Assembly (NCBI GenBank): GCA_951406725.2
Contig: OX597830.1
Span: forward strand, 30,132,001 to 30,196,000
Length of the DNA stretch: 64,000 bases
Source: Octopus vulgaris
Lineage: Eukaryota
Reading direction: 5' to 3'
This document shows positions 54,136 to 64,000 of this stretch, piece after piece. Positions within the stretch are counted from its first letter, which is position 1, and each line of letters starts with the position of its first letter. A program made the translations under genes and the position numbers. The notes under the pieces were generated by a model. The model worked only from the letters and a program-made list of their open reading frames with translations, was not told where the DNA came from and ran no database searches.

Positions 54136-55065
54136 GGGCATGAATTAGAATAACCGTTTACTGCATTAATAACCACACTCTACCTAAATGCATGGATGAA
54201 TGACCGCAAACTCTCCATCTTTATAAACACAATACCACCCCATCACTTACATACCTCTTGGCCATCATATATTGCTTCAAGTGAGAAAAATACTAACTTC
54301 AGTCTCTCAAGAAATATCCTTCACTGTGGGATGAAAACCTACGCCTATCCACACTGGATATTCCAACCCTGGCATCGATGCTTTCTTCAGTTTATCGGTT
54401 GTTTCATTTACCATTCATTCAACAAATGCACAACCACTGTGTCAGTATTTATATCCATATTTATAATCTTACAAATTTTATAAGTATACCAGCCAGACCC
54501 AGTGAACCGCATCACAGAATTTGTGAATCTTCACCAAGTGGAGTTATATTCCTAGCCAGTAATTGTCACTGACTTTATTAATATCTACTTAATTCTATGT
54601 GCGGGCCTATGTGTATCAAAACCACGTGTGTGTTTGTACGAGTGAGTGTACGTGCACCAGACTACGTGTGTGTGGGCGTTTGTACGTCCTTATATATTAG
54701 CGGTTATATCGAATAATGTTTTGCAGTATTACGTATGTTTCTTTCCGTATCTGATATTTGTTGTGTATCTTCTATAAGAATGAAGCCGTATACCTTAATT
54801 TACCACTTCTATATACCAAGACCAAGAAAAAATCTTGCAAAAAAAATTATTTTAATGAGATACCTCTTGATATTACCTCAGAAGACACATCTACATTGAA
54901 GGATACGCCTAAACCAGTTGTTCAGCAACCCGACCGCGAGGGATCGATGCGAGATAGGTCGAAACAATTGTAGCGATCAATGAAGATTCTCGTATCTTCC
55001 ATCTTCCGTCTCTCTCTATTAATTACATACCTAACGAACACTGAACTAGTGAACGGCAAACATAC

Positions 55066-55120
<55 letters not shown>

Positions 55121-55177
55121 CATAAATACAGAGCGACAGCTTGATAGATATTCATATATACATACAAACATGCATAC

Positions 55178-55220
<43 letters not shown>

Positions 55221-55234
55221 CATATACATGTATA

Positions 55235-55286
<52 letters not shown>

Positions 55287-55849
55287 CGTATATGTGTGTG
55301 TATGTATGTATATATATATCCATACATACACATACACACATACACACATACACACACACACATATGCACATGGCCGCCATTACACCATTATACCATTTTC
55401 AACGCTTCTGAAGGTCAATTCGTTAGACAACGATGTACGTACATGAAAATCTAGTTAACTTAATCCCACCACATTTTCTACCAATACCACCACCACCACT
55501 ACCGACAACAACAACAACAACAACAATGACACCATCATTACCAGAGCTCTCATCATCACCATTACTACCACCACTACCACCACCACAACCACTAGTTATC
55601 ATCATCATCATCATCATAGTCCTAACTATGCACAAACGATACATTTGTATTTATAAGTGTGTGTATATGTGCGTTCGTGTGTGCGAGTGTACGTGTGTCT
55701 GTATGTGTGTGTGTGTGTGTGTGTTTCACCCTGATGAGTTCTTAATTGGATTAAATAGAACAATTGAATGACAAATAACAGAGAAGGCGACCTTAAATAA
55801 TAACGCTTCCTTTCTCTCGCTTTCTCTAATTTCATTTTTACTGATTGTT

Positions 55850-57490
<1,641 letters not shown>

Positions 57491-57635
57491 ACATTTTAAT
57501 GAACGCCGAAGAATTTTAATTTTTCATTCAAATGTTAGCACAGAGGCTAGCAATTTTGAACGGGGGGAGGAGGGCAAGTCGATTATATTGAACCCAGTAT
57601 ATCACTGGTACGGAAGGCTGAAAATCAAAATCTTC

Positions 57636-57815
57636 CTTGTAAGATATATTTTCATCCACCCCTGGATACCTGTAACATTCCTCGTCAGATACAGGGGAAA
57701 CAGTCAAATCATTGATGGAGATGTCACTAGTCTGGGTTATAGTTTTCCCCCTTTCCACCAACATATAACAACATTTATCCTAACCAAACTCCATGCCTGC
57801 GTTCTTTGAGAATGT
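57636..57815 (-). mobile_element. R4/Dong-type reverse transcriptase fragment
   Basis: AGMEFG*DKCCYMLVERGK...EECYRYPGVDE resembles GMEFGLDKC..RGK..YKYLG. Confidence 0.65.
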
Positions 57816-59276
57816 TGAAACTAGATGAAGGCTCTTTTTTTATCTCGTGCTTATTCTTTGCCTAAAGTATGTATGTATGTGCGCATGTATGTGAGCATGC
57901 ATGTATGTATGTGTACGTATGTCTATATGTGTGTATGCATGTACGTAAGTATGTACGTATGTATTTATGTATGTATGTATTTATGTACGTATGTATGTAT
58001 GTGCGTACGTACGTGTATGTATGTATGTATCATATGTGCGTATGTGTACATAATTGATACGTTTAGAAATATTGTATACTTAAATGTGTGTTCGCATCTG
58101 TATGTGTTAGTTTATAACTGTACTTTAGACCTGGTGAAAGTGGCTATGCCCGTAGCCTTCACAATCTTTCTGATATCACTGAGATTGGGGTGTTTATCTT
58201 CCTATTTAAAATGTTGCAAAACGGAGCCATAATTTGCTTTCAAACGTATAAAGAATGGCGTATATATTCGCATTAAATATGTGATTCTTCTGTTTGGATT
58301 TTGACGCTCTTATTTTTTACATTTACATGTGAAACACCGCGTAACGTTACATTGCGATTGATTTCTTTTACGTTTGATTGTTCTGCCAGAAGAGCACACG
58401 TTTTTCACATATTAATTGAATTGAAACCAGTATATAACTCGTCCATTTTATGGACTAACGATGAATGAAAAGATAAGTTAATGCCCTGCATAATTTTGAA
58501 TCAGGATCTAAAGCAGGCTTGGACAACATTTTGTGAGAAGCGGGCCATGTGAAACATACTCATCATTTGGTGGGGACGGACTATAAAAATACTATAAAAA
58601 TGTTATTGGGTTCCCTTTCAGAAATTGCTGCTGGCCTCAGTTTGTTCATGACTGATCTAAAGAGACCTTGTCGTGGGCAAAATCCCTTACTGTTTTTAGT
58701 TACAAGACTTCTTCCGGCCCTTTACATTCTGAGTTCAAGTACCACCAAAATCGATTGTAGTTTTTACCCTTCTCCGCAGCTAAGGTCTATGTAATTGATT
58801 TATACATCTTCCCTAAATTTCTATTTTTGTGCCTCTGCAAGAAGTCAATAATCACCAAATTCGAATTATCGGAATTGTTAGAGCGTTGGACAAAATGCTT
58901 TTCACTATTATGTTACGATTCTTCACATTCTAAATTAAAAATTCAAAGCTGTTAATTTGGCTTTTCATCCCTGCCGGATCGATAAACAAACTGTGGCACA
59001 ATTAGGCATTAGTTAATCGACGATACACTATAGTGAAATTTGTGCTTATGATTAAAAACTCAACTCAGTGTTTCAAATCTCATTTTTGTTTTTGTTTTTT
59101 TTGTTTCATGGACGAAGGTGAATGGCAGATATTTTCCCAGCTACTGGAGTTACCGAGAAAGTTTTAATCTTCTACAACATCTATGGTATTTTCCATAAGG
59201 AATAACAAAAGTTTCACTGTTGCTGCTGCTGCTGCTGCTACTACTACTACCAATACAACAAATAATAATGATGATG

Positions 59277-59362
<86 letters not shown>

Positions 59363-59501
59363 AATAATAATAATGATAATAATAATGATAATAACAATGA
59401 CAATGACAATATTATTTTCTCTTGGAAAACACCACCGATGTTGTGAAAGAGTATTATTATTGTTTATTATTATTATTATAATTATTATTATTATTATTAT
59501 T

Positions 59502-60235
<734 letters not shown>

Positions 60236-60281
60236 CATCATCATCATCATCCTCATCATTATTATTATTATTATTATTATT

Positions 60282-60748
60282 GAGTGAGAGAGCAGTGCAT
60301 GCCATCAAAGTGACACTGGCGTAGAACATACGAAGCCCAGTATACCCATCATGACTACCCGTCTGATAAGGGTACACTAGGTACATGCATCACAACCATA
60401 TGTGCAAGACATGGTGATCTTATATCAAGATAAACAGCCCATGACCTTGCAGGTGGGGCCCAGTTAAAATTTTCTTCCGGTCCAGTAACCCATCCCGTTC
60501 AAAAGATCTCTGAATAAGGGTTATTTAAGGATGTTGAACGAAACACCTTATGTTTCCACAGGTGATTTATTCAAATCTCAAAGAATCCCTCTTAACACAT
60601 GGCTATGATGCACCCCCACTATTTCTGCTCGAGATCAGAGATGCGTAGCCCATCTTTTACACCAAGACAAACCAATGTACATGATAACACTTGCAATCAG
60701 TTGAGAACAGAAGCCACGAGAACCACTGCCTGCTACTGCATCAGGGCA
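60282..60748 (-). mobile_element. Repeat family D with internal deletion
   Basis: Tandem to the previous copy, with both termini present. Confidence 0.88.
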
Positions 60749-60796
60749 CTTATTATCATTATTATTATTATCATTATCATCATCATCATCATCATC

Positions 60797-60855
<59 letters not shown>

Positions 60856-61079
60856 CATTATTATTATTTTCTTTTTATCACAACTTTTGTTGGAACCTCT
60901 CTGGTCTTGCATGCGTATCGGGCTTGCTACCTGCAGCCTAGGGCACTATGCTGTCCATTCTTTTTCACCTATCTAATAGTTTCCTGATTATTTTTGCTGT
61001 GCCAGAGACAAACATTTTATAAGGATTCTACTAGGCACTCTGTTTCAATCTAACAGTTCTACTGGGCACTCTATGCCAA

Positions 61080-61147
<68 letters not shown>

Positions 61148-61211
61148 CATCATCATCATTAGTAGTAGTAGTAGTAGTAGTAGTAGTAATAGTAGTAGTA
61201 GCAGCAGCAGC

Positions 61212-61262
<51 letters not shown>

Positions 61263-61543
61263 GGTGGTGGTGGTGGTGGTGGTGTCGGTGGTGGTGATAG
61301 TAGTAGTTGTAGTAGTAGTAGTAGCGTTAGTAGTAGTAGTAGTACTAGTAGTAGTAGTAGTTAGAGTTACACAGAAAAGCATTATTGTGAAGTGAGTGTG
61401 GAAAAAAAAATTTTGAAATCAAGAAAAATGCTATACTAATGATGCATGCTATATCTGCTATGCACTTATATCAGACTCTATGCATGGCTGTATGTGTGTA
61501 TGCGTGTGTGTGCGTGTCTGTGTGTGCGTGTGTGTGTGTGTGT

Positions 61544-61582
<39 letters not shown>

Positions 61583-61953
61583 TTTCATAACATATTGACT
61601 GCATTATGGTCAGCTGGTAATGTTTCCTATTATCAATGTTTGAATTATTGCTACTTTAATTCAGTCGATGTGTACGACACGATGATCGCCAGGTGTTTTA
61701 GTGTCTTAACAACACCCTACATCCACCAACACATTCACAGCTCCTACACCTGCCCATGCCACAACTGCTGACCACTACAATGGCGACGAGGACGGCTACG
61801 ACGGCGACGGCAACAACGCCGTCACCCTCACCGGGATCGCATAAGCTCTAGCATAAGCTAACTATATTTCAGTGTTAACCATACGTTTGTCTTTGTGCAT
61901 GTATGTATGTAAGTATGTATGTATCTGTGTATGTATTTATGTATGTATGTGTG

Positions 61954-61984
<31 letters not shown>

Positions 61985-62165
61985 GTATGTATGCAATGTA
62001 TGCCTGTATGTATGTATGTATGCATGTTTGTATGCATGAATGTAGGTATGGATATATATATGTATGTATATATTTGTGTGTATGTGTGTATATATGTCTA
62101 CATATATATCTATAGTTATACACACAGGTAGACATGCATACATACATACACACACATATATAAAT

Positions 62166-62208
<43 letters not shown>

Positions 62209-62344
62209 CATACATACATACATACATACATACATACATACGTACATACATACATAGATATACATGAACATATACATACACACACACATACATATATAAA
62301 TATGTATACATGCAAATTTATTCATATGCATATATTTGTATGTT

Positions 62345-62733
62345 TGGAGGAACAATGGTCCAGTGATTAGGGTAGCAAACTCGCAGTCGTAGGATCGCGG
62401 TTTCGATACCCAGACCGGCAGTTGTGGGTGTTTAATGAGCGAAAACACCTAAAGCTCCACGAGACTCCGGCAGGGGATGGTGCCGAATCCTGCTATACTC
62501 CTTCGTTACAACTTTCTCTCACCGTTCTTTCCTGATTCTGTTGTGCCCTTATTTCAAAGGGCCAGCCTTGTCACACACTGTGTCACGCTGAATCATGAAT
62601 CATCTTGAGAACTACGTTAAGGGTACACATGTCTGTGGAGTACTCAGCCACTTGCACGTTAATTTCACGAGCAGGCTGTTTCGTGGATTAGATCAACTGG
62701 AACCCTCGTCGTTGTAACCGACGGAGTGCCACG
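62345..62733 (+). mobile_element. SINE family E with a third tail type
   Basis: Family E head, with a 3' part unlike the other copies. Confidence 0.8.
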
Positions 62734-62810
62734 ATGATATTTGTATGTATGTTCATCTATGTGTATGTGTGTGCGCGCGCGCTTCATCTTACGTCATCTA
62801 TATGCATGTA

Positions 62811-63279
62811 TTCTCGAAAGAGTCCAGAAGCTGGCTACCTGCATGGTTCTTGGTCTCAAGAATTTGTCTTATGAAGACCGGTTGAAGACGCTCGAACTTT
62901 ATTCTCAAGAAAAACGACGACACCGTAGTGATCTCATTCTTGCTCACAACATCATAAGCGGAAGGTTTAACCTCTCGAAAGAGCTGTTCTTCACTCCTGC
63001 TCCAGAGCGTCGGCTGCAGGGTCACTCCGAAAAGCTCTATCTGCGTCGATTTCATCTCAATCGAAGGAGAGGGGCTTTCTCCGTCCGGGTTGCGGATCCG
63101 TGGAATAAGCTGCCGGACGAGATGGTGAAGATGTCGACGACCGCTCGGTTCAAAGTCTCCCTTGACCACAAGTGGCCTGAACTCTTTACATGAACGTCAC
63201 CCTGTACATAACTCCATGTCCCCCTACATGGCCTTGTCTTTGCTTTTTGAGCCCAAAATTAACTAACTAACTAACTAAC
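62811..63279 (+). mobile_element. CR1 LINE 3' end (5'-truncated)
   Basis: LERVQKLAT..LSYEDRLKTLEL..KRRHRSDLI..LQGH..FSVRVADPWNKLP..FKVSLD, then a short UTR and a (TAAC)n tail. Confidence 0.9.
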
Positions 63280-63369
63280 ATACGATGTATATGTAATTCA
63301 TACAGAAATATTTGCTTTAACAAATATACACATAGTTATAAATACATACATACATAAAGATATGTGCCT

Positions 63370-63845
<476 letters not shown>

Positions 63846-63847
63846 TA

Positions 63848-64000
63848 TATTTCTTTATTGCCCACAGGGGGTCAAACACAGAGGGAACAAACAAGGACAG
63901 ATAAAGGGATTAAAACGATTACATCGAACCCAGTGCGTAACTGGCACTTGATTTTTCGACCCCGAAAGGATGAAAAGCAAAATCGACCTCGGCGGAATTT
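63848..64000 (-). mobile_element. SINE family A (runs off the window)
   Basis: Family A tail and core. Confidence 0.8.

Noticed and set aside
53715-54176. 153-aa minus-strand ORF and upstream WIGVGFHP (TatD-like) peptide
   Set aside because: It is the antisense of the Penelope GIY-YIG relic, and no other TatD motifs are in frame.

Overview
AT-rich, microsatellite-saturated eukaryotic DNA, most likely intergenic or intronic sequence from a coleoid cephalopod (Octopus-like). That assignment is inferred from the SINE families and repeat landscape. No intact protein-coding gene is supported, and nearly all listed ORFs are artefacts of (TA)n, (CA)n, (GATA)n, (TAA)n or (GAT)n tracts. The window contains degenerate fragments of several transposon classes: an RTE-type LINE (about 2.4 kb), a Tx1/L1 LINE, CR1 and L2 3' ends, R4/Dong-type pieces, a Penelope GIY-YIG relic, a Tc1/mariner 3' half, a non-autonomous Helitron and a Helentron-like piece. 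It also holds dozens of tRNA-derived SINE copies, a (TAA)n-associated 555-bp non-coding retroposon family, and one tRNA-Gly(TCC) gene or pseudogene. The most notable signal is a set of about 8 minimal type-I hammerhead-ribozyme-like motifs (CUGANGA...GAAA, palindromic loop III, NUH). They lie in several unrelated short elements beside (TA)n or (TG)n tracts. One has a canonical core and forms a 91-bp inverted pair, and some carry core variants (U4C, A6U). All structures and alignments were read by eye, coordinates of repeat edges are approximate, and ribozyme activity is untested.
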